The notes beneath the pieces are model-generated. The model saw nothing but the letters and a program-made list of their open reading frames with translations, did not search any database and had not been told where the DNA came from. The position numbers and the translations under genes are program-made. Positions 30,784 to 39,040 of a DNA stretch of 64,000 nucleotides are shown here, in pieces. This DNA comes from Vulcanimicrobiales bacterium (GTDB lineage: Bacteria; Vulcanimicrobiota; Vulcanimicrobiia; Vulcanimicrobiales; Vulcanimicrobiaceae). The number at the start of each line of letters is the position of its first letter. Position 1 is the first letter of the stretch. The stretch spans positions 81,350 to 145,349 of the forward strand of contig JBBQQR010000003.1 in NCBI GenBank assembly GCA_038215615.1, in the 5' to 3' direction.

Positions 30784-31444
30784 CCCAGAGCGCCATTCGA
30801 AAAAACGGCATCCGCCGGACGCGCGGATTTTTCCATCCGGCTTCCCGCGCGAGAGCGAGCGCTTCGGCCGGCGTGTAAGCGCGCAGGACGGAAAGCGGCG
30901 CGTCGTGCCGCGTGAGGCGGTTGCGAGTAAAGATCGAAACCAGGAACACGGCCCCAGCCCAAGCGGTGCGCGAGCGGCGCAGATCCGTGACGACGGGAGC
31001 GACGCGCGCGACCCGGCGCAGCTCGCGCAGCAGCGTGACAGCCGCAGAGGGATCGCAGTGGTGCAGCGTCAGATTGCACATTGCGACGTCGAAACTCGCG
31101 TCTTCAAAAGGGAGCGAGGCGCCATTGCCGATCACAAAACGCAGATCGGGATCGCCGTGCCGCTTCTGTGCGATGGCCAATACGTCGGAACTCACGTCGA
31201 GACAGGTCGCGCGTAGGCTTCTGCCCGCTGCGCGGGCTTTGCGCGCCAAGAACTCTGCGATATCGCCCGAGCCGCAGCCGACGTCTAGGATCGTTTGGGG
31301 AAGCAGCGCGCGAGTCGCACGTTCAATGGAAGAAAACCCGCCGAGCCAGCGGTTCGCTCTTTCGATATCGCGAAAATTTTCTTCGAGTTCGCCGATTGAC
31401 TCGACGGTATCGTCGAGAAGTTCGCGTCCTGCTGCACGCAGCAC
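30776..31444 (-). CDS. SAM-dependent methyltransferase
   Basis: ELLDD...NRWLGG, LDVGCGSGD, LTLHH, HDAPLSV. Confidence 0.88.
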   Translation of the reverse strand: MLRAAGRELLDDTVESIGELEENFRDIERANRWLGGFSSIERATRALLPQTILDVGCGSGDIAEFLARKARAAGRSLRATCLDVSSDVLAIAQKRHGDPDLRFVIGNGASLPFEDASFDVAMCNLTLHHCDPSAAVTLLRELRRVARVAPVVTDLRRSRTAWAGAVFLVSIFTRNRLTRHDAPLSVLRAYTPAEALALAREAGWKNPRVRRMPFFRMALWDV

Positions 31445-31457
31445 AGGACCCTACTTT

Positions 31458-31700
31458 CTACTTCTTAAAATATTCGGCGTTGACGGCGGTGTAGTTCTGC
31501 CATTTTTCCGGAACGTCCGAGTCGGCAAAGATCGCTTCGACGGGACATGCCGAAACGCACGCGCCGCAGTCGATGCAGACTTCGGGATCGATGTACAGCA
31601 TCGTATCATCGTCTTTACCGTGAATGCAGTCGACCGGACAAACGTCCACACAGGACTTGTCTTTGGTGCCTATGCACGGCTCGGTAATGATGTAGGCCAT
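31458..31700 (-). CDS. dicluster ferredoxin
   Basis: CIGTKDKSCVDVCPVDC and CIDCGACVSACP. Confidence 0.95.
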   Translation of the reverse strand: MAYIITEPCIGTKDKSCVDVCPVDCIHGKDDDTMLYIDPEVCIDCGACVSACPVEAIFADSDVPEKWQNYTAVNAEYFKK

Positions 31701-31741
31701 CGTACGGTATTACGCAGACGAAAGGACCGGGGCCTCCCGGA

Positions 31742-32005
31742 TCAAACGGCCGGTCGGCGCCCGGAAAAAGCCCGCAGCAGCAACAAAAGCAACACCGCGC
31801 CGATCAGCGCATAGATGAAACTCCACAGCGGATCGAGGCCGCCGTGTCCTAACCAGCGATAGATAAAACCGCCGATCAGCGCACCTACGATTCCGACCAC
31901 GATGTCTGTTAGGACTCCGCCGCCGACTGCACCGGGCACGAGCCAGCGGGCCACCAGCCCCACAATGAGGCCGAAGATAATCCAAACGATAATTGTCCAA
32001 AGCAT
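31742..32005 (-). CDS. GlsB/YeaQ/YmgE-family membrane protein
   Basis: WIIFGLIVGLVARWLVPG...GIVGALIGG...GAVLLL. Confidence 0.88.
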   Translation of the reverse strand: MLWTIIVWIIFGLIVGLVARWLVPGAVGGGVLTDIVVGIVGALIGGFIYRWLGHGGLDPLWSFIYALIGAVLLLLLLRAFSGRRPAV

Positions 32006-32113
32006 GGGTCCTAGTTTACCACGCGCAGGTCAGCCGAAACGAGCCTAAGGTCGCTTTGGCGCCCCAGGGCCCTTCCAGTCACGCGGACTGCGCGCCGTAA
32101 CGTTGAAGCCAGC

Positions 32114-32893
32114 ATGATGATAAAAACTCTAGCCGCTATAGCGTTTTTTGGCGTACTGGTGCTTCCGCTTGCGAGCATGGCTGCCGATTCGGGGCAGACG
32201 ACTATTTATGCGTCAGGACAAGCGACGGTATCGGGCGCGCCCGATACAGCGGTTGTTTCGTTCGCGATTGCCAGTCATGCATCGACGGCCGAACAGGCCA
32301 CGAGCATCGGCAACTCCGTTTACGCCCACCTTAACACCGGGATGCGCACCATCGGCATCGCGAGCGCCGACATAAAAACGACCAGCTATAACCTCAATCA
32401 CGTTCCGCCTCCGCCGCCCTGCCCGCCGTTGCCGATGCAAGCGCAGACGCGGGCGAGCGCTGAATATCCCCAAATCGCGCCGTGCGTTCGAGACCCGCAG
32501 ACATATGGCTATTTCGTCAACCGGTCGGTCAGCGTTACGACCCATCACTTGGATATCGTCGGAAAAATTATCGACACCGCGGTCGCAGCGGGTGTCAACA
32601 ACGTCCAAGGCGTCGAGTACAGCATCGCGGATACGAAGTCGCTTTACTTGCGTGCGCTCGCTCAAGCCGTCGCTGCAGCTCGAACTCAAGCCAATGTCCT
32701 TGCAAGTGCGGCGGGCTTGCACATCGTGGGAGTCCAATCGATAAACGGACCGAACGAAGCGCCCGTTCGCGGCATGGCTGTTTTCAGGGCCAACGTAGCC
32801 GCGGACACTTACCAGGTCCCGACCCAAATGTCGCCGCCGTCAAGCCTCGACGTGAGCGCCGGCGTCAGCGTGATTTACCTCGCGCACCCCTAA
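32114..32893 (+). CDS. SIMPL (DUF541) domain periplasmic protein
   Basis: Signal peptide; G.ATV...PD.A, GI...DIKT, AG.N.V motifs. Confidence 0.85.
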   Translation: MMIKTLAAIAFFGVLVLPLASMAADSGQTTIYASGQATVSGAPDTAVVSFAIASHASTAEQATSIGNSVYAHLNTGMRTIGIASADIKTTSYNLNHVPPPPPCPPLPMQAQTRASAEYPQIAPCVRDPQTYGYFVNRSVSVTTHHLDIVGKIIDTAVAAGVNNVQGVEYSIADTKSLYLRALAQAVAAARTQANVLASAAGLHIVGVQSINGPNEAPVRGMAVFRANVAADTYQVPTQMSPPSSLDVSAGVSVIYLAHP

Positions 32894-32931
32894 GCGAAAC
32901 TCCCCGCGCCGCGCAAGGGTAGCATGACCAG

Positions 32932-34875
32932 ATGAGCGGGACGTGTGAACTCTGCGGCCGGCGGCCGGCGACCGTGCGCGAAGGCAAGAGCGATCTCTGC
33001 CCTTCTTGCGCCATGCGACGCCGCGCAACCAAAGCCGCCATTCCGTTGGCCGGCGCTGCGCTGACTGCTGCCGCGCTCGTCGCGGGCGGAGCCTTCCTGA
33101 TCGAAAACATGAGCCGGCGCGAGGGCGGCGCCGCCAAACCCAACCCGATCGAAGATTGGACGCGACGCTTACGCCCGGGAACGCCGACGCTGGCGGCCTT
33201 CTCGCGCGACCTGACGGAACTCGCACGGATTGAAAAACTCGATCCAGTCATCGGGCGCGCCGACGAAGTCGAACGCGTCATTTCGATTCTCGCGCGACGC
33301 AGCAAGAATAATCCGGTTCTCGTAGGCGAACCCGGGGTCGGAAAAACCGCGATCGTGGAAGGCTTGGCGCAGCGCATCGTTTCCGGCGACGTGCCCGAAG
33401 CGCTTCGTAACAAGCGCGTGCTCGCGTTGTCATTGGGGCCGCTGGTTGCCGGCACCAAGTACCGCGGTGAGTTCGAAGGCCGCGTCAAAAAGATTCTCGA
33501 CGAAGTGCGCCGCGCGTCGCGCGACGTGATCCTGTTCATCGACGAGCTTCACACGCTGGTCGGAGCCGGAGCGGCCGAAGGTTCGCTCGACTTGAGCTCG
33601 ATGATCAAACCGGAGCTCGCGCGCGGGGATTTGCAGTGCATCGGCGCGACCACGTTCGACGAATACCGGAAATACATCGAGTCGGATGCCGCACTCGAGC
33701 GGCGGTTCCAGCCGGTCATGGTGAACGAGCCGACCATCGAGCAAACCGAACTCATTTTGCGCGGGTTGCGCGAACGCTACGCGAGCCACCACGGCGTCGA
33801 GATTACCGACGACGCAGTAAAAGCTGCTGCATCGCTTTCGGCGCGGTACATCGCCGACCGGTTCTTGCCCGATAAGGCGATCGACTTAATGGACGAGGCC
33901 GCCGCGTCGGTTGCGCTAGGCACCAAAGATCGGATCGGGCGTTCCACGGTCCATGCGGACGACGTCGCGGCGATTGTTACCAAGTGGACGGGCATACCGC
34001 AGACAACGCTCACCGAATCGCAGATCAACAATTTGCTTTCGCTGGAGCCGGTGCTGACCAAGCGGGTCATCGGGCAGAGCGAGGCGATCGGCGCCGTCAG
34101 CGAAGCCATCCGTCGCGCCCGCGCCGGCCTGCACGATCCGCGCAAACCGCTGGGGAGCTTTCTCTTCATGGGAAGCAGCGGCGTCGGCAAGACCGAGCTG
34201 GCGAAGGCGCTCGCCGAAGCTCTGTTCGGCAGCGAAGCCGCGCTCGTGCGTATCGATCTCTCCGAGTTTACCGAAGCGCACACGATGTCGCGGCTGCTCG
34301 GCGCACCGCCGGGATACCAGGGGCACGACGAGCCCGCGCAACTAACCGAACCGGTGCGGCGCAGGCCCTACTGCGTCGTGCTGTTTGACGAACTTGAGAA
34401 AGCGCACCCCGACGTCGCGGCTATTCTCTTGCAGATCCTCGACGACGGCCGAGTGACCGACGCCAAAGGCCGCACGATCGATTTTCGTCACGCGCTGATC
34501 ATCATGACCACGAACCTTTCCGACGAGGAACTTCCTATCGCGTTCCGTCCGGAGTTTCTCAACCGTATCGACGACGTCGTGCATTTCAACACGCTGGGAC
34601 TTGAGCAGATAGAACAAATCGTCGCGATACACGTCGAATCGTTGGCCGGACGGTTGGGAGCGCGAGACGTGACGCTGCAACTCTCACCCGACGCCCGAAG
34701 TTTTTTAGCGCGGGAGGCGATGAGCGCGGGCAGCGGGGCGCGCTACGTTCACAGGATCGTGGCGCGGCACGTGAGCACGCCGCTCTCGTCCGCTATCCTG
34801 CGCGGCGAGCTTCCCAAGGGCTCAGCTGCGGACGTTACTTTCGAGGCCGGCGCGCTGGTTGTCCGCGCCGCTTAG
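32932..34875 (+). CDS. Clp/Hsp100 AAA+ ATPase with N-terminal Zn finger and hydrophobic helix
   Basis: [56 protein letters not shown]. Confidence 0.92.
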   Translation: MSGTCELCGRRPATVREGKSDLCPSCAMRRRATKAAIPLAGAALTAAALVAGGAFLIENMSRREGGAAKPNPIEDWTRRLRPGTPTLAAFSRDLTELARIEKLDPVIGRADEVERVISILARRSKNNPVLVGEPGVGKTAIVEGLAQRIVSGDVPEALRNKRVLALSLGPLVAGTKYRGEFEGRVKKILDEVRRASRDVILFIDELHTLVGAGAAEGSLDLSSMIKPELARGDLQCIGATTFDEYRKYIESDAALERRFQPVMVNEPTIEQTELILRGLRERYASHHGVEITDDAVKAAASLSARYIADRFLPDKAIDLMDEAAASVALGTKDRIGRSTVHADDVAAIVTKWTGIPQTTLTESQINNLLSLEPVLTKRVIGQSEAIGAVSEAIRRARAGLHDPRKPLGSFLFMGSSGVGKTELAKALAEALFGSEAALVRIDLSEFTEAHTMSRLLGAPPGYQGHDEPAQLTEPVRRRPYCVVLFDELEKAHPDVAAILLQILDDGRVTDAKGRTIDFRHALIIMTTNLSDEELPIAFRPEFLNRIDDVVHFNTLGLEQIEQIVAIHVESLAGRLGARDVTLQLSPDARSFLAREAMSAGSGARYVHRIVARHVSTPLSSAILRGELPKGSAADVTFEAGALVVRAA

Positions 34876-35424
34876 GTTACGATCTTCCGCCAGCCACGAG
34901 TCTTCGATCTCCACGCGGTCCATATGAAGCGGGTAGGTGCCGCTGGGATGACGCCGATCGTACGCGCGCGAGCGCGCAATTAAGTATTCAAAGTTGTCAT
35001 ACACGACCGGGCCGCGGATGCGCCGCCGGATCGCGATCACTTGACTCAGGAGCTTCCAGTACATTTCCGGCGTGCTGTTGTCAAAGTAGAGATCTTCCGG
35101 TATCAGTCCGTTTTTTACGATCGAACCCAGTCGCTCGTAGTAGTCGCAGACGAGCAATTCCTTATGAATTTTGCGATCGGGCTGCGGTTTTTCTAGTTCG
35201 CGCCTGAAGTTGGCGTCGCGCAATCGCGTTTCGAGTTCGTGGCTTACGAAGAGCAGAGCTTCGTTCAGTATTGGGTCGTACGGCAAACTTAAGATTGCCA
35301 GCAACGCCTCCAGCTGGTTGCTGACGCGCAGGTGCCGCAGTTGGACGAGCGCTGCAATCGCCGTCGCCGCAATGACCAGAAATGTTCCGACCGCCGCTGC
35401 CGTGCTGAGCGCTTCGAGGGTCAC
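34822..35424 (-). CDS. membrane-anchored hypothetical protein (DUF4760-like)
   Basis: N-terminal TM then [17 protein letters not shown]...YDNFEYL; 3' end overlaps the Clp gene convergently. Confidence 0.65.
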   Translation of the reverse strand: MTLEALSTAAAVGTFLVIAATAIAALVQLRHLRVSNQLEALLAILSLPYDPILNEALLFVSHELETRLRDANFRRELEKPQPDRKIHKELLVCDYYERLGSIVKNGLIPEDLYFDNSTPEMYWKLLSQVIAIRRRIRGPVVYDNFEYLIARSRAYDRRHPSGTYPLHMDRVEIEDSWLAEDRNLSGADNQRAGLESNVRS

Positions 35425-35909
35425 AGAATGCCTTGCACGTTCTTCTGAATGTCGGCGTGCGACATTTCGCCGGCGACGATTTTCCGGATGACGCCGTCTC
35501 GGCCGATGAAGACGTGCACCGGCAATCCGTTGATCAAGTATTGCCCTTGAAGCGGGCCACTATCGACGACCGCCGGATAGCTCAAGTGGAATTGCGTGCG
35601 GAACGCTTGGGCTTGGCGCGCATTTTCTAATTCGTCGATGCCTACGACGTGCAATCCGCGAGCGGCATACTGCTGCTGCATCTGGTTGATGAACGGAGCC
35701 TCGTCCCTACAGGGCGGGCACCACGTCGCGAAAAAATTCAGGTAAACGGGCTTCCCGCGCATCGACGATAGCGTCAGCGTTGCCCCCGTCGACGTCGGCA
35801 TCGTCCAATCCGGTGCTGGTTGGCCGGCTTGCGCGATGTGTTTTGAGTTTTGCGAACATGCCGCTGCAAAAAGCGCAACACACGCGAGGGCGACGCGATA
35901 TTTTATCAT
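35421..35909 (-). CDS. TlpA/ResA-family thiol-disulfide oxidoreductase lipoprotein
   Basis: Lipobox AAAC; NFFATWCPPC. Confidence 0.9.
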   Translation of the reverse strand: MIKYRVALACVALFAAACSQNSKHIAQAGQPAPDWTMPTSTGATLTLSSMRGKPVYLNFFATWCPPCRDEAPFINQMQQQYAARGLHVVGIDELENARQAQAFRTQFHLSYPAVVDSGPLQGQYLINGLPVHVFIGRDGVIRKIVAGEMSHADIQKNVQGIL

Positions 35910-35911
35910 CG

Positions 35912-36829
35912 CTAGCCGAACGCCGGGTAGGGAACAGCGCGAGCGTCATCTTCCATTTGCGCGAGCAGTTCGTCCGCGTTTGCGAATTTCCGCTGCTCGC
36001 GGACGAAAGAGAGATCGCGCAGCGCCAGCTCGTGGCCGTAAATCGTGTGGTGGAAATCGCGCAGCCACGCTTCCACCGTCCGGGCTTTCCCGTCGAACGT
36101 CGGGTTCGTTCCGATCGAAACGAGCGTTGCGTAATCGCGCCCTTCGTGGCGGGCTGTCCCGGCGTAGACCCCATCGCACGGCAGCAGTTTTCCCGGAACG
36201 GCAAGGTTGGCCGTGGGAAAGCCTAAGCCGTGGCCGCGACCCGCACCTGCGATAACTTTTCCACGAAGTTCGTATGGGTGGCCGAGCAAGCGGTCCGCGT
36301 CGGGTATTGCACCGTCGGCGATCAGTTTCCGAATGCGCGTGCTGGAAATGCGCTCGCCGTTTTCGTCGGCTGCGATTTCGACCGGTGCAAACTCCACGCC
36401 GTTTTCGCGCAAAACGTGCTCCATCAGCGCGACGTCGCCTTCGCGAGCATGCCCAAAGCGAAAAGTACGCCCGACGGCAACCCCGCGCACACCTACATTT
36501 TCGATCAGCGTTTTCTTCAGAAACTCATCGGGTGTCTGATTCGCAACGGCGGAGTCGAACGGAACGAAAAAACACTCCTCGTAACCCGCGCGCGCCAAGA
36601 GGTCGACGCGTTCTTCCGGCGTCGTAATGAAAGGCGGCTCGGTACCGGGACGCAAAAAAGCAGAGGGGTGATTCGAAAACGTGAGCACGCCCGAGCTCCA
36701 ACCAGGTTTGCGAAGCTCGCGCGTTTTTCGCGCGATGTCGCGGTGGCCGCGATGCATACCGTCAAAAAAACCGATCGCCAGCACGAGGGGTGTTTCATCC
36801 CGGCGCTCGAGCGAGTAGTGTATTTTCAA
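35912..36829 (-). CDS. ribF: bifunctional riboflavin kinase/FAD synthetase
   Basis: IGFFDGMHRGH, ISSTRIR, GFPTAN, IGTNPTF. Confidence 0.95.
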   Translation of the reverse strand: MKIHYSLERRDETPLVLAIGFFDGMHRGHRDIARKTRELRKPGWSSGVLTFSNHPSAFLRPGTEPPFITTPEERVDLLARAGYEECFFVPFDSAVANQTPDEFLKKTLIENVGVRGVAVGRTFRFGHAREGDVALMEHVLRENGVEFAPVEIAADENGERISSTRIRKLIADGAIPDADRLLGHPYELRGKVIAGAGRGHGLGFPTANLAVPGKLLPCDGVYAGTARHEGRDYATLVSIGTNPTFDGKARTVEAWLRDFHHTIYGHELALRDLSFVREQRKFANADELLAQMEDDARAVPYPAFG

Positions 36830-37698
36830 AGAAACACTTTGCGTGGCGCTAACAATGCGCCGTGCGTTTCGCCCACGCCGACGAGCGTTCGCGACGCGTC
36901 GCGAACGAAGACGTGCTTGGCAGGCGCGCCGGCGGGCAGCGGCACCATGCGGCCCGCGCGAAAATCCGCCGAATGACGCAAGTCGAGCACGATCGTCGGG
37001 AACGGAATGATCGCTTCGGGTGCGATGAGCGCATCATTCGGTGCGTCCGCGATCTGCTCCAGTGTCCGGCTTTCCTGCAGTAAGAACGCGCCCGATCCCT
37101 CGCGCACCAGTGCCCCCATATGCGCGGGCAACCCGATCGCTTTCCCAAGGTCTTCGCACAGCGTCCGAACGTACGTGCCTTCGCTGCAGGCAACGCGCAA
37201 ACGCGCAACCTGGTTTTCGGCTCCGAGAAACGTTAAGCCGTAGATCGTGACCGGACGCGCTTTTCGTTCGACGATTTTGCCTTCGCGCGCAAGTTCGTAC
37301 AAACGTTTGCCGTCGTGATGGACCGAACTGTACATCGGCGGGACTTGCTCGATTCTTCCCAGGAACTCCGGCAACGCATCTTTCAGCCGTTCGATCCAGT
37401 TGACGGACAGCGGCGTTTCTTCCAGCGCTTCTCCGTGGGCGTCGGCTGTCGTGGTGCTCCGGCCCGGAACAAACGCGCACACGTAGGCTTTGCGCTGGTC
37501 GGTGAGCAGCGGAATGAGGCGCGTCGCTTTGCCGATTGCAACCGGCAGCACGCCGGCGGCTTGGGGATCGAGCGTTCCTAGGTGGCCGGCGGCAATTCGT
37601 GTGTCGCGCCCGTACAGTCCGTAGATCCGGCGAATCCGCGCAACGACGTGCGCTGACGTCGGTCCGGCGGGCTTAAAGACGTTGACGAAACCGATCAG
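36826..37698 (-). CDS. truB: tRNA pseudouridine(55) synthase
   Basis: In-frame extension upstream of the ORF-track start reads LIGFVNVFKPAGPTSAHVV...GHLGTLDPQAAGVL; GTYVRTL. Needs a non-canonical start (CTG 37698, ATC 37695 or ATA 37713). Confidence 0.92.
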   Translation of the reverse strand: MIGFVNVFKPAGPTSAHVVARIRRIYGLYGRDTRIAAGHLGTLDPQAAGVLPVAIGKATRLIPLLTDQRKAYVCAFVPGRSTTTADAHGEALEETPLSVNWIERLKDALPEFLGRIEQVPPMYSSVHHDGKRLYELAREGKIVERKARPVTIYGLTFLGAENQVARLRVACSEGTYVRTLCEDLGKAIGLPAHMGALVREGSGAFLLQESRTLEQIADAPNDALIAPEAIIPFPTIVLDLRHSADFRAGRMVPLPAGAPAKHVFVRDASRTLVGVGETHGALLAPRKVFL

Positions 37699-37709
37699 GA
37701 GCGTGGCCC

Positions 37710-38690
37710 CTATAGGCCTTCTGCAACCAACGCCGCGTCGACCGCGGCGATCGCGTCCGGCAGCGACCCCGTGTACGTGAGACCCGACGCGCGAAAATGT
37801 CCGCCGCCGCCCAATCTCGAGGCTGCGGCTTGCACGTTGATGCGTCCGCTGCTGCGCAGACTCACCCGAATCTCGCCGTCGTATGACTTGAAAAGCGCGG
37901 CCGCTTCAACGCCTTCGACCGACCGCAGATAACCGATGATTTCCTCAGTGTCTTCGCCGTCGGCGTGACATTCGGCCAGCATCGCGTCGTCGACGAAGGA
38001 CCACATGTAGCGCCCTTCATGCGCCGTCTTCGCTTCATCGAGCGCGCGCCCTAACAATTTCAGGGCCGGAAAGCGCTTGTTGGCAAAAATTTCTTCGGTG
38101 ATTTGCTCTTTGTTGGCGCCCGAGCCGATCAGTTCGGCCGAAAGCATGAGCACTTCGGGCGTCGTGTTGCTATGCATGAAACCGCCCGTGTCGGTCATGA
38201 TCGTCGTCAGCAAACAGGTTGCGATCTCCGGCGTAATCGGCACGTTCATCGCGCGCAGCAAATGCATGACGCACGTACCCGTGGAGCACTCGTGGGGCAG
38301 CACGTAATTCAGCGCGCCGAAATGGGCGTTCCCCAAATGATGATCGATGTCCAGAATATTCTCGCGCGAGAGTTGGGGCAGCGACTCGCCGGCGCGCGCG
38401 GTATCGCTCATATCGCAGAACACCCAGAGCGCGTCGGGCGGGAAGTCGGCCGGCACGACGCTGCTTACGAGCTCTGCATCTGCGAGAAATCGAAGATTGC
38501 GCGGGATCGTCTCCCCTTGGAAATAGTGGACGCGCTTGCCGAGGTGCTTTAGAGCTAAGCCGAGCGCCAAACCGGCGCCCAGCGTGTCGCCATCGGGCTT
38601 CACGTGACTGACCATCACGAACGCTTCGCGCTTACGAAGCTCGGCGACGACTTCTTCGGTCGTCGCAGCCACCGGTTTCTCGCCGATCAC
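37710..38690 (-). CDS. nrnA: DHH-family oligoribonuclease/pAp phosphatase
   Basis: HVKPDGD, DIDHH, TDTG, GGGH; lies between rbfA and truB. Confidence 0.9.
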   Translation of the reverse strand: MIGEKPVAATTEEVVAELRKREAFVMVSHVKPDGDTLGAGLALGLALKHLGKRVHYFQGETIPRNLRFLADAELVSSVVPADFPPDALWVFCDMSDTARAGESLPQLSRENILDIDHHLGNAHFGALNYVLPHECSTGTCVMHLLRAMNVPITPEIATCLLTTIMTDTGGFMHSNTTPEVLMLSAELIGSGANKEQITEEIFANKRFPALKLLGRALDEAKTAHEGRYMWSFVDDAMLAECHADGEDTEEIIGYLRSVEGVEAAALFKSYDGEIRVSLRSSGRINVQAAASRLGGGGHFRASGLTYTGSLPDAIAAVDAALVAEGL

Positions 38691-39040
38691 TGGTTCGCGC
38701 CCCGCGCGTCTTCGCGCAGCGTTTTAGCCAGCGCGATCGCGCGCTCGGTCGAGCGATCTTCGATGAACGTGAGCGCAGGCGTATGGCGCAACGCGATTTG
38801 ATGGCCGAGCTCACCGCGTAAAAACCCCGTCGCGCCGGACAAGGCATCCATCGTTTGGCGCGCGACGTGGCGGTCGCCGATGATCGAGACGAAGACTTTC
38901 GCGTGCTGCAGATCTTGAGATATCTCGACGCGCGTCACCGTCGTAAAGCCCAAGCGGGGATCTTTCAGTTCTTGCGTGATGAGCGTTCCCAGAACACGCT
39001 GAACTTCGTGGTCGATCCGCTGGAGCCGCTGCTTGTTCAT
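38687..39040 (-). CDS. rbfA: ribosome-binding factor A
   Basis: KDPRLG, DLQHAKVFVS, LRHTP. Confidence 0.95.
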   Translation of the reverse strand: MNKQRLQRIDHEVQRVLGTLITQELKDPRLGFTTVTRVEISQDLQHAKVFVSIIGDRHVARQTMDALSGATGFLRGELGHQIALRHTPALTFIEDRSTERAIALAKTLREDARGANQ

